Source of the DNA: Nemertoderma westbladi | Taxonomy: Eukaryota > Animalia > Xenacoelomorpha | Assembly: GCA_032718475.1 (NCBI GenBank) | Contig: JAUCBJ010001574.1 | Coordinates: forward strand, 2,235-66,234 | Reading direction: 5' to 3' | DNA length: 64,000 nucleotides | Shown here: positions 25,160 to 38,592 of the stretch, piece after piece | How the letters are laid out: each line of letters starts with the position of its first letter | How positions within the stretch are numbered: position 1 is the first letter of the stretch | The notes under the pieces: model-generated | What the model saw: the letters and a program-made list of their open reading frames with translations, nothing else | Told to the model about the DNA's origin: nothing | Databases searched by the model: none | Position numbers and translations under genes: made by a program

Positions 25160-26593
25160 GTTTGTTTGTACAGTTGAATGCCTACTGCTATATTACAGTT
25201 AAAGCAAGTCTAGTAATTCAGTATCAACGGTTAGCCTAGTAATTAATTACCGATACTGCTACTCAGTGTAGCGTGATATATATATATAATATATTAGAAT
25301 ACCGGTATACACTTATAGTATATATATATAAGTATTATTACAAACTAGGTTTTTCACAGAATACCGGTATGTAATTTCAGCACAAATATATATAAATATA
25401 TAATAGGCCTATTGTGAATACCGGTATACAGCTTACACTTATAGTATATATAAGTATAATTATGAACTAGAATTAATTACAGAATACCGGTATAATTTCA
25501 GCCTAAATTTATAAATATATAATAGGCCTATCGTGAATACCGGTATACAGCTTACTTATAGTATATATATAAGTATAATTACAGACTAGAATTAATTACA
25601 GAATACCGGTATGATTTCAGCCTAAATTTATAGAAATAAATATAATAAGCCTATGGTAAATACCGGTATGTCAATTATTTTAGAATAATTGAATTTCTGA
25701 AATTTTAGGGGTTACTTGGTTACTTTGCTTTACTTGATTTAAGCTTATTTAAGCAGTAGTCCAACTGATATTAAGACCTAATTGTTGTAAGACAGGCCTA
25801 CTATTTTATAAATGTATTGTATATATATAGTATGTGTAGTATATGCAGACTCCGAAATGGTTAGTTAGTATGCGTTCTAACCGAGTAGGACGACTTATTC
25901 TTTCGAGGGGGTTTACCTCACAGCACTGGAAGCCCCTACATTCCCAACTGGCACTTTATCGGACATACACTCCACACACACTGCAATCTCTTCAGACCCA
26001 ACAACAGCCAGACAACAATCCAGCCTACAAATTATCTAAATAAGAAATATTACGCTACCCGTACAGACTACACAAACAAAGTACAAACCAAACGCTGGCA
26101 GACTACTATCAAGCCTAAATAAACTACAGTATATGCAGACTCCGAAATGGTTAGTTAGTATGCGTTCTAACCGAGTAGTACGACTTATTCTTTCGAGGGG
26201 GTTTACCTCACAGCACTGGAAGCCCCTACTTTCCTAACTAGTACTTTTTCGGACATACGCTCTACACACACTACAGTCCCTTCAGACTTAACAACAGTCA
26301 GACAACAGTCCAGCCTACAAATTATCTGTACAATCTGGGCAGGCTTACACGTCTTCTGCTCAATATTAACCTACAAATAAATAAAACTGACAGAAATAAG
26401 CAAACCATACAAAGGAATAAGGGGTGATCAATCCCTAATCCCCTAACAGCCTACAATATACAATATATCACAATCGAAATAATACTGCTGTACCTGTACT
26501 GCTGTAGGTACCGGTCCGGTGGTTAGGTAGTCAGGCCTACTAGGTACCGGTTGACCGGTACTTCAGCTTTATTGCCCACTGCAATACAGAAGC

Positions 26594-26605
26594 TATATCT
26601 GTTAT
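26594..26605 (-). promoter_or_regulatory. Putative self-priming PBS of copy C (sense ATAACAGATATA), complementary to 27318-27329
   Basis: Exact 12-nt inverted match. Confidence 0.75.
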
Positions 26606-27772
26606 TGTTCGCGCTTTTAGACCTTTAGCAGTTTAACCAGCCAAATTGGGATGTCTTATAGATAATGAATCGTCTTTAGCCTATGACGAGTATTTGATAC
26701 ACTACATTAGCCGAAGCCAGTCTATGCGCGACCATTCACCCGCTGGATATACCCGGGAGACCGGATTCGGAAGCCTAACCTTATTGCGGTGTTGGCCTAC
26801 TGTATTATTCGACTGATCGTAATATATAATCTCTGACAAATATTATTCACTTTCGGGAAATATTAACAGTTCCTTTAGGACGTGGCGCTCTAAATATGTA
26901 AAGAGAGTTATGACTTAAACTAGACACAACGGGATGGCTATGAATTCACGTATATGGCGCATTCTTTAGGAGATGCTTTGTTATCAGTCACAATCATACA
27001 CAATACTGCACAATGCTGCACACCGATCTGCCGACCTTCACTAATTTTAGTCACATATAAAGAGAACAACAACCAATACATGTAGTGCCTATGAAATAGC
27101 ATTAGATTCACTTCAAAACCACTTTAATGTAAGTCGCAATCGTTATATGTAACCGGTCTCTCTTACCTTCAGTATATCAAGAATATTGAGGGTTTTGTAA
27201 TTATTTATCGGTATTCCAAATATAATATTATTCCATCAACTGATATAATGAATAACCGACAGTAAATAGCAGTAAAAATGCGGTGTTTGTAGATATGATA
27301 TGAATTGTTAAGTTAAGATAACAGATATACGTTCTATAATTAAACCTACTAATGTTGGGCTAAAGACTGAAAAACACAGATATTCCGAAGCCGGTCTTCT
27401 GGGCTCAGGACAAAATGTAAACATTGACCCATAATGCATTGCGCGATTTCCCGGAGGTTTCTGTACAAAAAGCAGGAGAATCGCTCTGATTGGTTGACCG
27501 AACAAAGAAACACCAGAGAACAAGGAAAAAGCTACACGTGTACAGCTCAGTTGTTAGCTGTCGTCATAGTAACTACACTGTTTCAAGAGGATCTAGCGCA
27601 TTGCGTCATAGAATTGCTAATTATGTCCGCTAAAGTACACATACAGAAGAAATGGCTTTTTATGTCCCCTAAAACACCAGTACAGTAAGGATACGGCTTT
27701 TTATGCCTGTTAAACCAACTACAGAGTACTTTATGGGGAAAATAACCGGCTAATTCCGCAAAAGCTTTTACA

Positions 27773-29227
27773 AATTATCTGTATAATCTGGGCAGGCTTA
27801 CACGTCTTCTGCTCAATATTAACCTACAAGTAAATAAAACTGACAGAAATAAGTAACCTCCAAAAGAAACAAGGGGTGTACAGTCCCTAATCTCTTAAAC
27901 AGCCTACTGGTATACAATATCACAATCGAAATAATACTAGTACCTGTACTGCAGTAAGTACCGGTTCGGGTGGTTAGGTAGTTAGGCCTACTAGTTACCG
28001 GTCGACCGGTACTTTTGCCCTTTATTGCCTACGTGCAATAAAGAAGCTATATCTGTTATTGTTCGCGCTTTCAGACCTTTAGCAGTTTAACCTGCCAAAT
28101 TTAGATGTCTTCTAGATTATAAATCGACTTTAGCCTATGACGAGTATTTGTTACACTACATTAGCCGAAGCCAGTCTATGCACGACCATTCACCCGCTGG
28201 ATATACCCGGGAGACTGGATCCGGAAGCCTGACCTTATTGCGATGTAGGCCTACTGTATTATTCGACTGATCGTTAAGATATAATTTCTGACCAATATTA
28301 TTCACTTTCAGGAAATATTAACAGTTCCTTTAGGACGTGGCGCTCTAAATATGTAAACAGAGTTATGACTTACACTAGACACAACGGGATGGCTATGGAT
28401 TCACGTATAAAGCGCATTCTTTAGGAGATGCTTTGTTATCAGTTACAATCATGCACACTACCGCACAATACTGCACACTGATCTGCCGACCTTCACTAAT
28501 TTTAGTCACATATAAAGAGAACAGTAACCGACTCATGTAGTGCCTATGAAATAGCATTAGATTCACTCCAAAACCACTTTAATGTAAGTCACAATTGTTA
28601 TATGTAACCGGTCTCTCTTACCTTCAGTATATCAAGAAGATTGGGGGTTTTATGATTATTTATCGATATTCCAATATAATAATATTCCATCAACTGATAT
28701 AATTAATGACCGACAGTAAATAGCAGTAAAAATGCGGTGTTTGTAGTTTACAAATAAGTAGTGATGTGTGTATGTGGTGTGATAACAGATATACGTTTCG
28801 ATGATCAAGCCTACTAATGTTGGGCTAAAGCCTGAAAACACAGAGATTCCAAAGCCGGTCTTCTGGCATCAGGAAAAAAGGTAAACATTGACCCATAATG
28901 CATTGCGCGATTTCCCGGAGGTTACTGTACAAATAACAGGAGAATCGCTCTGATTGGTTGTCCGAACAAAGAAACAAAGGAAAAGCTACACGTGTACAGA
29001 TCAGCTGTTAGCCGTCGTCATAGTAACTACACTGTGTCAAGAGGATTTTAGCGTATTGCGACATAAAATTGCTAGTTATGTCCGCTAAAGTACACATACA
29101 GAAGAAATGGCTTTTTATGTCCACTAAAACACCGGTATAGTAATGAAACGGCTTTTTATGCCCGTTAAATCAACTACAGAGTACTTTGCGGGGAAAATAA
29201 CCAGCCAATTCCGCAAAAGCTTTTACA
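27773..29227 (-). mobile_element. Bel/Pao copy C': 5' LTR 28060-29227 plus ~290 bp of leader, interrupted by copy C
   Basis: LTR termini; leader homologous to ~26320-26605; PBS-like 28048-28059 matches 28782-28793. Confidence 0.9.
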
Positions 29228-30114
29228 GCATAACTTCCATTGTTGCAGTTGCCGAGTCGATGGATGGTTGGTAGGGGTAGGCCTATTGCTATTGTTGTAT
29301 TGGCAGATTGGTATGTACATCTACATCTGATTATACCAGTTGCCGGTGCCGTCGGTCGTACCAATACATAGTCTTTAATTAACATATTTAACCGTTAACA
29401 AGAGTAGAAACCGCAAATGAAGAAATTCATTTTCTTCCGTCGCTGACAAGAGCGTAGAAATGCGGTATAGTGCTGTCGTAGTTCAGTACCGGTAGTTCTG
29501 TAGTTGGCAGTTGCTACCAGTCTGCCAGTCCGGTTCTACAGTCTGACAGTAGTAGGGCGGTACGACGCCAACCGACCCTCTAATCTAATTCAGGACCGCA
29601 GTCCAGCACTCCGGAGTCCGCACTGCAGTGCATAGCATGGCTAATTTGGGCATACAGAATTAGGCCTGTCCTGTACCAGTAGGCCTATACGTGATCTATA
29701 ATCACTGCACCGGTACCGCGGTACCAGTCAGCCAGTACCGTAAAACACCAAATACTGTATGGTATTGCAGTATTGTCTGATTGCAGGATTCCTGATTCAG
29801 GGATTGACATTGAGTATAGTACCGGTACAGGCAGACAGGCCACAATGGTATTACTGCAGTACTGTATTTTCGTAATTTGCTAGAAACCCAGCTGATTTAG
29901 TCTCCTAGCAACCTGCTGATGTCAAGCGTTATAATTTTGGATAAATAAATTTATTATAACTGTAAGACAGTTACACTGGTGCTGCACGAAGGCCCCAAGC
30001 AAATTCAACTTGGAAAATTTCTAAACTTTTGACAGACTATTTGTGTACCATGTTTGGTTACATTTCATCGAGGATTGATCGAGTTATTAACGTTCAAAAT
30101 TGAACACTGCAAAA

Positions 30115-30259
30115 AAAGCGACAGAACGACAGGTTGATTAATGGTACCCCTACACTAAGGCTCACTCACTTCGTGGCTCGCCCCACAGAACGACAGAACG
30201 ACAGGTTGATTAATGGTACCACTACGCTAAGGCTCACTCACTTCGTGGCTCGCCCCACA
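30115..30259 (-). repeat. Tandemly duplicated terminus related to the HINE-like family
   Basis: Two ~72-bp units ending CTAAGGCTCACTCACTTCGTGGCTCGCCCCACA, the reverse-complement relative of TGTGGGGCGAGCCACGAAGTTGGCGGAGCCTTAG at 13988. Confidence 0.65.
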
Positions 30260-30489
30260 TTCATGGTCATGGTCATCAATCTGCTTCTGGATTGCAGTTT
30301 ATCAGTGTAAAATCTGAAGGTTGTATTTTATTTACTGAGTCATTAGCAGAAACTCAAACTGTTAAAGAACAATTTAACGTTGCTGGTACCTCTCGTGGCA
30401 ACGTTGATCTTTACAGAGCTACTGAACCGACAATCAGTTGTGCCACACCGGTAGTTCTGGTGAAACTGTTGGAGAGTTCCAATCACCTT

Positions 30490-30885
30490 CAGATACCAGT
30501 TCCTGCTTCCATTGCAATGAATTATTTAATGATAAAGGAAATTTAGAGGGACATCTAGAATCCGTTCATAAAGACGTCAAACGTAGGTATAAATGCGATT
30601 ATTGTGAGAAATTGTTTTCAAGTAAGCGTTATGTGAAGATACATATCGACTCTAACCATAAAGGAATTAAGTATACAGTAGTTGCGGTTATTGTAATAAA
30701 GAGTTCAACCATCAATGGAGTCTAAACACTCATGTCAACTACTTTCATAAAGTAAACAGAAACTCTACAGTATATATGATTGTTCTATCTGCCATAATCA
30801 AATTTCTAATGAACTTAGAGGCACATACTGTAGTTACCCTGCGTTACATTAGAGCTTGGGAAGCTAACGCGGATCTCCATTGCGA
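30490..30885 (+). pseudogene. Frameshifted triple C2H2 zinc-finger fragment, possibly from a Helitron/Helentron RepHel gene
   Basis: CFHC..H..VH, CDYC..H..NH and, after a frameshift, CGYCNKEFNHQWSLNTHVNYFH; downstream IRAWEANADL resembles the AWxANxD motif of Helitron Rep proteins. Confidence 0.55.
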
Positions 30886-31374
30886 ATCACGTCACCGATA
30901 CTATCCAGGACGTGCATCCCGGGTTGAGAATCTTATCATATTAGTAAAGTACTAACTAATGGCAAGTTACTGGCATGATAATTTTACTAAAATTTTACAA
31001 TTACCACATTTTGCATTTGTTGGCAGTGATTTTTTATGTCCTTTTATTTGACTTTTTTGTCCTCCTTTTTTTACGAATTGTGCATAATGACCTTTGTTGT
31101 CCTTTTAATGACTTTTATTGTCCTTTTAATGACTTTTTATGTATGTATTTCTTCAAACTGTCAGACTGATGATTTCTGGACTGTCAGACAGTTGGTTTCA
31201 CTATGCCTGTGCCAAAACATTCCATGATTCCATGATTTATAGACTATGAGATAGAATTCCATATGCGCCTGTGGTAAAAGACTAAATTTAATAGTTTGTG
31301 GTTGTTGTCGATAATCGATTACCACATGACGTAGCAAAACACTCATTTTATAGCCAAAAACAATTATCAATTGA

Positions 31375-31962
31375 TGGAAAGAAGCAGGTTAAGGCCGGAT
31401 TTTCTAACCAAAACAATAAACAGTCACTTTACCAAATCAGGGAAAGGAGCAGGTTAAAGAGGCGGGATTTTCTAACCAAAACAATAAACGATCATTTAAC
31501 TAATTGAGGGAAAGGAGCAGGTTACAGAGACGGGATTTTCTAACCAAAACAATAAACGATAACATTACCAATTGAGAGAAAGGAGCAGGTTACAGATGCG
31601 GGATTTTCTAACCAAAACAATAAACAGTCACTTTACCAAATCAGGGAAAGGAGCAGGTTACAGAGACGGGATTTTCTAACCAAAACAATAAACGATAACA
31701 TTACCAATTGAGAGAAAGGAGCAGGTTACAGAGGCGGGATTTCCTAACCAAAACAATAAACGATCACTTAATTAATTGATTGAAAGGGGCAGGTTACAGA
31801 GGCGGGATTTTCTAACCAAAACAATAAACAGTCACTTTACAAAATGAAGGAAAGGAGCAGGTTACAGAGGCGGGCCTTTCTAACCAAAACAATAAACGGT
31901 CACTTTACCAAATCAGGCAAAGGAGCAGGTTACAGATGAGGCGGGATTTTCTAACCAAAACA
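31375..31962. repeat. ~61-65-bp tandem repeat, about 9-10 units
   Basis: AAGGAGCAGGTTACAGAGGCGGGATTTTCTAACCAAAACAATAAAC unit repeated head to tail. Confidence 0.95.
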
Positions 31963-32874
31963 ACCGGTCAGCCGGTAGGCCTACCAGTACCGTATTTAAA
32001 TTGTAGGCTACACAGTAGGCCTACAGCAGTACCGGTGCCGGTACCGGTACTAAAATACAGAAATGCCTGCTTTATACCTACATCTGTACATACAATACAG
32101 CAAAATAGTGCTATATACTAATACAGGTACTGATAGCCTGAGAGAACAGCAGTAGAGAAACCGGTAGCATGGAACCTAACATTGGATTTTTGGAGGACAT
32201 AAAAAATATAAAAAAAAGGACAAAAAAAGGATTTAAACGGACAATAAAAATTATTGCGTTATTTGTTAAGGAATTAAAAAATACTTTCCAAGTACAGTAT
32301 AGATTTTAAGAAATATTTGGGAGGGCACATATCATGCAATGCACTTACCAAATTCTTAACAAATTGTGTATACCTAGAATATAATTTCGGTGACTTTATA
32401 ACTTGACAAACATTTTATAAGAACTTTAATGGTGCTTGACACGCATTGCAATTATAAATCAGTCACATGATTCACCGCCAATAAATGACTCATTCAGTCA
32501 TTTTTTGCGTCAGTAGGCCTAATGCATAGTTGCGTTTATTGAGTTTTCTTTATTTACGTTTAATTGTTTAATGAATTTTGCTTACTAAAATAAAATAGTG
32601 TATAGCGTTTTGTTACTTTAATTTATACTGGTACTGTACTGTAGTTGTATTGCCGTTTGTCTACTTTACTTCAATTGTTTATTTATTTTGTTTGTACTCT
32701 GTTTATATCGTTAATGAATATTTATAATTTGCGTAATTGTCAGATTGTTGCTAATTGACAATTGTAATTGAATTAATGCCTAATTTGATACAATTAATTT
32801 CAAATTATTTAAATGTTAGTGAAATTTGATTAATAACAATTGAATTTGGAAAAATTGGAAATTAAAAAAGGCCT

Positions 32875-33459
32875 CATAATCCAAAGACATATTTAATGAA
32901 CTCCGTGATGTTGTTGGGGATCTGGCCTCTGTAGCATTTGGACCACGAAACGTGACAGACAGAACCCATAGTCAGAGACCAGCCTGAATTAAGTGGAGAG
33001 GCAGAACTTTGGTGTGATGTAGGAGTTCCAGCCCGGGCATTCAACCCGCAGACTCGGGCGTTGTTAGATATGGTATTGGTAAAGGTCAGGGTCGTAAACC
33101 TTGACGCCGAGCCATATGCGGGACGCCCCCCGATGAGGGTCCTAGAATCTGCGGGGGCCGCTAAAGCCGCACTATATGCGGAACCAGCGAGACAGAGGAG
33201 AGCGGACAATGCACCCTTCGTAGTCTCTTGCGATGGAGTTCTGGCACCGCAGGCCAACAAGCTCCTGAGGATCTTCGCTGATAGGTTGCACCACAACTGG
33301 GACAGACCTTATAGCACCGTCATGGAGTGGGTTCGCGGCCGTGTGGAGTTCGCCATAGTTCGAAGGGCTTCTCATTGCATCAGGGGGTCGGGGCTAAAGT
33401 GGCGCAGTGGTCTGGGTACGGAGGATGAAGCTGGATTGCCGACTCGTCTGACTCTGTAA
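32875..33459 (+). mobile_element. 3' end of a CRE-like non-LTR retrotransposon (restriction-like endonuclease region), 5' truncated
   Basis: RH..NELRDVVGDLAS, EPIVR, VRVVNLDAEPY, PFVVSCDGVL, WDRPYSTVMEWVRGRVEFAIVRRASHCIRGS match the C-terminal pattern of CRE-clade ORFs. Confidence 0.75.
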
Positions 33460-34582
33460 TTTGAATCTGTCAACTAGGGTGTATGTAATGTGTTGTGCTT
33501 TCTCTTATTTGTATCTGTACTAGTCTTTTTGGAATTATAGTTACTGTAGGTTCTAGTAAAATTCTCTGTGTATAATATTAATTGTAATTTCTGTGTTTAT
33601 ATTATATTATTGTTAAAGCCGTTTCATTGTACTAAACGGGGGTCTGGTGTTTGGGGGCGGCAGCTCCCAATAAAAAAATGAGATAAAAAAGTAGGCCTAC
33701 TTAAAAAAAATTTTCCCTGATTTTTTATTCTGATTTTTTCCAGATATTTTCCCAAGGAAACCGTCTTTTCTCATAGACACCGGGTAGTAACGAAATGGTA
33801 AAAAAAATTGCCCTATATAGTTACAGTATATAAAATTCAACTGGACCACCACAATGAACTGCTAATTCAGTAGTTATCCTGCATCTAATACAGTATCTAT
33901 AACGTATTACGATACCAGTACTACAGTATGGTAGCCGTTTGTAGCACTTCATTATTTGGAATTCCTTGATGGTGAACAAGACTAAAATTATTTTTAAAAA
34001 CAAATGTTAATTTGTTCATCGAACCACTATTTTCGTTGGGAAAAGTTAACCCTAATGTTCAAAATACAATTGCTACAATCCATAGTTATAATATATGATG
34101 ATTTTATTACCGGTAGTACCTTTATATGACGGGTGATAAATTTTCTATTTTATTTCGTGCTCCAAGTCGTAATCTACTGTAGCGCTTGATAAGATTACAA
34201 ATTTGAATTAAATAGTTTTATTGCATAAACAGAAATGGGGAATACCATTTATGAACTTTTTGGTTAAATTTTTCCGACGTAACTGTGTTTTAGTGTAGAC
34301 CTACAGTATTTACGCGTTTATATCTGATGTGTATACGTAACGTAGAGTAATAATATGTTTGTTGATATGTTGTTTATATTAAAAATATCAGTATCCTTAA
34401 ATAATACCTAGCTAAACATAAACATACGTAAACAAACTGTTCCAGAACGTTCGGTATTTATTAAATACTGTACACCATGACCCGTAATATAGTGTCATTT
34501 TCTGATGACACGGACCCCCCACCCCCCCCCCCCCCCCCAAATTTTTATACAAATCTTTAGGGGTCATCCATAAAAGACGTCC

Positions 34583-35295
34583 GGATATATCTTTTTACAG
34601 AACACAGCAGAACACAGTAGAACACAGCAGAACACAATAGAATACAGGCGGAACATAGGCGAACACAGCTGTAATTAAAATCTACACCAAAAAATAACAC
34701 ACTTGGGAAAGTACCGGATTTAATCATACAACTGTAAGATGTCAATTACATATTTAAATTAAATGGCGGTTTTCCATATCCTCCAAAATAAATTACTTCT
34801 CATTATCCTGTAACCATGGAGAGTTGGTTAGTTCTACAGCAGTACAGTACCGGTAGCTGAGTAGGCCTACATCAGTACATTGGTAATATACTCTACACTG
34901 TGCCCGGTAATTGCCGGTAAATGCCTACATCTGTCTGTCTGTACAATGTACAGTCTGTCAGTCTGTACATGTCTCTACAGCACTAGGCCTACGGCAGTAC
35001 TGGAACAGGCTGACAGGCAGACTGCTGGACTAGTAACAGGTACAGGCCTAACCGAACAGCTGATCGGGCAACTCTGATCAGGTAATATATTTTGGAGGAT
35101 ATGGAAAACCGCCATTTAATTTAAATATGTAATTGACATCTTACAGTTGTATGATTAAGTCCGGTACTTTCCCAAGTGTGTTATTTTTTGGTGTAGATTT
35201 TAATTACAGCTGTGTTCGCCTATGTTCCGCCTGTATTCTATTGTGTTCTGCTGTGTTCTACTGTGTTCTGCTGTGTTCTGTAAAAAGAACTATCC
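34583..35295. mobile_element. Non-autonomous Mutator-like element: ~210-bp TIRs, 9-bp TSD AAGACGTCC
   Basis: TSD at 34574-34582 and 35296-35304; termini GGATA...TATCC; near-perfect TIRs giving mirrored ORFs 34557-34745(-) and 35133(+). Confidence 0.88.
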
Positions 35296-37386
35296 AAGAC
35301 GTCCGAGAAAATCCCGAATTTTTGGACCCCCCCTCCCCCCTGTCCGCGAATGTCCGGTTTTTGACCCCCCCCCCCCCTCCCCCCTATTCGGACGTCCGAA
35401 TTTTAGAAAATAAAACAGAAAACAAATACACGAATTATTGCTGTACATTGTACAAATAGGGGGGCGACTACTAATATTAACAGTACTAATATATATATAA
35501 AACTATATAAAATACTGTAGTTTACGAGTCAGCTAGGAATGATTCCTCCCAAATTGGTGATGAGAACGTAGTGAAAACTGGCATCACATCCTCCCCATAA
35601 TCCGCAACCTTCGCTTCATCATCACCTACTTTGTCCCGGCCACACTCTGCCTCAACGATGAACGATTTCAAACAATATGATAATATCATATTGTTTGAAA
35701 TTTGAAACACAACTAGTTCAACTCACCGTGGTTGTTACCATGAAGCTGGAATTTTCGATTTCGCCTTTAAATTTTATTTATAAGCGTTTTAAAAAAGTGT
35801 CTTTTGCGAAATCGCACCCTCTGTATCATTGCCATTATTCACTTTAGTCGTAATTTTTTCACATCAATAGAAAGTTTGCGTTGAAAGGATTCCAAATATG
35901 TAGCAATATCTAAATTTCATTGAGAAACAGCTGAGAAATAGGCGTTCAAAGATTGCAAGAATTATTGTTCGCTGCAAGCCATTTATTCTATTTAATAAAT
36001 ACACAAAATTCTAGAACGTGTTATTAATTTTATGAGTTGGTAGGCAACAGCGGTATGCCTATACAATATCTATATTGCCTAGCTAATCATACATAAACAA
36101 ATTGTTCCAGAATATTGTGTATTTATTAAATAGAATAAATGGCCTGCAGTGAATTATAATTCTTGCAATCTTTGAATGCCTATTTCTCAGCTGTTTCTCA
36201 ACGAAATTCAGACATTGTTACATATTTGGAATCCTTGCAACACAAGCTTTCTATTACGACTAAAGTGAAGAATGGCAATGATACAGAGGGTGCGATTTCG
36301 CAAAAGGCACTTTTTTAAAACGCTTATAAATAAAATTTAAAGGCGAAATCGAAAATTCCGGCTTCATCGTAACAACCACGGTGAGTTGAACTAGTTGTGT
36401 TTCAAATTTCAAGCAATATGATAAAGATTTGTAGAAAAATTTCGGGGGGGGGGGGGGGGTCCGTGTCATCAAAAAATGACACTATATTACGGGTACTACT
36501 AGGATCGGCATGCTGCATTGCAGCTGCATTTTTAAGAATGCTGTGCCGGCTTGTCAACAAAATTGCACCGCCACAACTCCCTATCACCCATGACATTTGC
36601 TAGATCATCCGCATCTTTAAGGCCAGTGTCCTTTAAGATGCGTCTCAAGAAAGTCATGGGCTGTCCACCATGCTTATTCACTCCATGAGGCTGCCAAAGT
36701 ACAAGATTATGCACTGGCTGGTCCTCACGGCGAAAGCAATGTCCTGCAAAGCGGAGGCGATTTTGTTCTAGTGTCAAGCTTGGGGGAACCAATGAGACAC
36801 CTCCAATGTTATATAGTGTCTGGTTGGAGATGTGTGCATTGTACTTGACACAATGTACCCGGCGTAGCATTCTTGTGAATGTGCCATCCAGAGATTTGGT
36901 GTCCTCAGCAGTTAGAGCCCAGCATGGACTCCCGTAGAGGAGTACTGGAACTACTGCTGCTCTGAATAATCGGACCTTAAGTTTCCGATTAATTCTAGGT
37001 GACTTCCAAATCCTGGAAAGCCTATTCAAGGCTGCCCATGCCTTTCCCTTACGTATTCGAAGGTCCTCACCTGACTTCCGGATCCATGATCCCAGGTAAC
37101 AGAAGTCGTCCACATGCTCAAGCATACCATCCTTTGAGCTTATGCTCATCCGATCAGAGACTTGCTGAGGACTTTCAAAGTTAACTGTCAGAATTTTTGT
37201 CTTTCTGGAGTTAATAAAAAGACCAACACTAGAAGCAGCATGTTCTAATGAGCTGAGGAGCCGCTGGGCTCCCTCTAATGATTCTGAGAGTACTCCTAAA
37301 AGTCATCAGCAAAGTCTAGATCAGTTAGGTACTTGGCAGGATTTCCTCGACTTCTGGAGCCAGTAGGTGGAGTTATCATCACCCCA

Positions 37387-38592
37387 TGTAAAAGCTTTTG
37401 CTGAATTGTCCGGTTATTTTTCCTTATTTTTCCCGTAAAATACTCTGTAGTTGGTTTACCAGGCATAAAAAGGCCGTGTCCTTGCTGTACTGGTGTTTTA
37501 GCGGACATAAAAGCTATTTCTTCTGTATTTGTACTTTAGAGGACATAATCCGTAATTCCGTGACGTAAAAGCTCGATACTCTTGAAAACAGTGTCGCTAC
37601 CATGACGACGGCTAGCAGCTGATATTGCCACGTCGACGTTTCTTTGTTTCTCTGTTCTCTCGTTGTTCAGGTTGACCAATCAGAGCGTTTGTTGTCTCTG
37701 TGTTGGAGGTATATACAGAAACTCAGTAGTTCAGTGTTATGTTTTTGCCCAGAGCCTAAGAACCGGCTTTGGCACCTCCGTTTTTCAGTTTTTAGTCTTA
37801 CACTAGTAGGTTTAATTATAAAGGGCATATATCCTTTAACTCATGGAATCACTGCTAACTGATCATACATACTGACTGCTGAAACATTGCAAACTCATAA
37901 CAATCAGTGTTTTCATTGTTGTTTTATACTGCTATTTACCGTCAGTTCTTCATAATATGGTTGATGAATAATTATATTTGGAATAACGATAAATAACCCC
38001 GAAACCCAATATTCTTGATATACCGAAGGTAAGAGAGAAGGGTTACAGAATAACGATTGTGACTTATGTTAAAGTGGTTTGAAGTGAATCTAATGTTATT
38101 TGATAGACCCTACATGAGTCAGTCTGTGTTCCTTTTATATGTGACTAAAATCAGTGAAGATTGGCAGATTAGTGTGCAGTATTGTGCAGCATTGTGTATG
38201 AGTGAGTCTGTTAAAGAAGCAATTCCTAAAGAATGCGCCATATATGTGAATTATAATTAAGCCATATCGTTGTGAGTAGTTTAAGTCATAACTCTGTTTA
38301 TATAGATAAAGCGCCACGTCCTAAAGGAACTGTTAATATTACCGAAGGTGAATAATATTGTCAGAGATTATATAGTACTGTCAGTCGAATAATACATTAG
38401 GCTTACATAGCAATAAAATTAAACCGTCGAACCCAATCTCCCGGGAATATCCAGCGGGTGAATGATCGCGCACAGATTGGTTTCGACTAGTGTAGTGAAT
38501 CAAATACTTGTCATAGACTAAAAACCGATTTAATATCTAGAAGACATCTTAATTTGGTGGGTTAAACTGCCAAAGGTCTGAAAGCGCGAACA
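37387..38592 (+). repeat. 5' LTR of copy E (1206 bp)
   Basis: Near-identical to 47960-49165; one substitution seen by eye (38046 C vs 48619 A). Confidence 0.97.

Larger units (their letters stand above)
23704..27772 (-). mobile_element. Bel/Pao copy C: 5' LTR 26606-27772, rearranged leader, internally deleted and truncated gag
   Basis: LTR termini in minus orientation; ORFs 24749-25159 and 23657-24604 are homologous to the B/F Gag N-terminus. Confidence 0.9.

Noticed and set aside
7509-27778. LTR A and LTR C as two ends of one element (AATTAT on both flanks)
   Set aside because: The family TSD is 5 bp (CCCCA in E) and the 5-bp flanks do not match; the LTRs differ in U3 and primer variant; the flank left of A is not the continuation of C'
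31375-31962. CRISPR-like repeat/spacer appearance
   Set aside because: The variable parts are short, related to each other and recur; no cas genes; eukaryotic TE context
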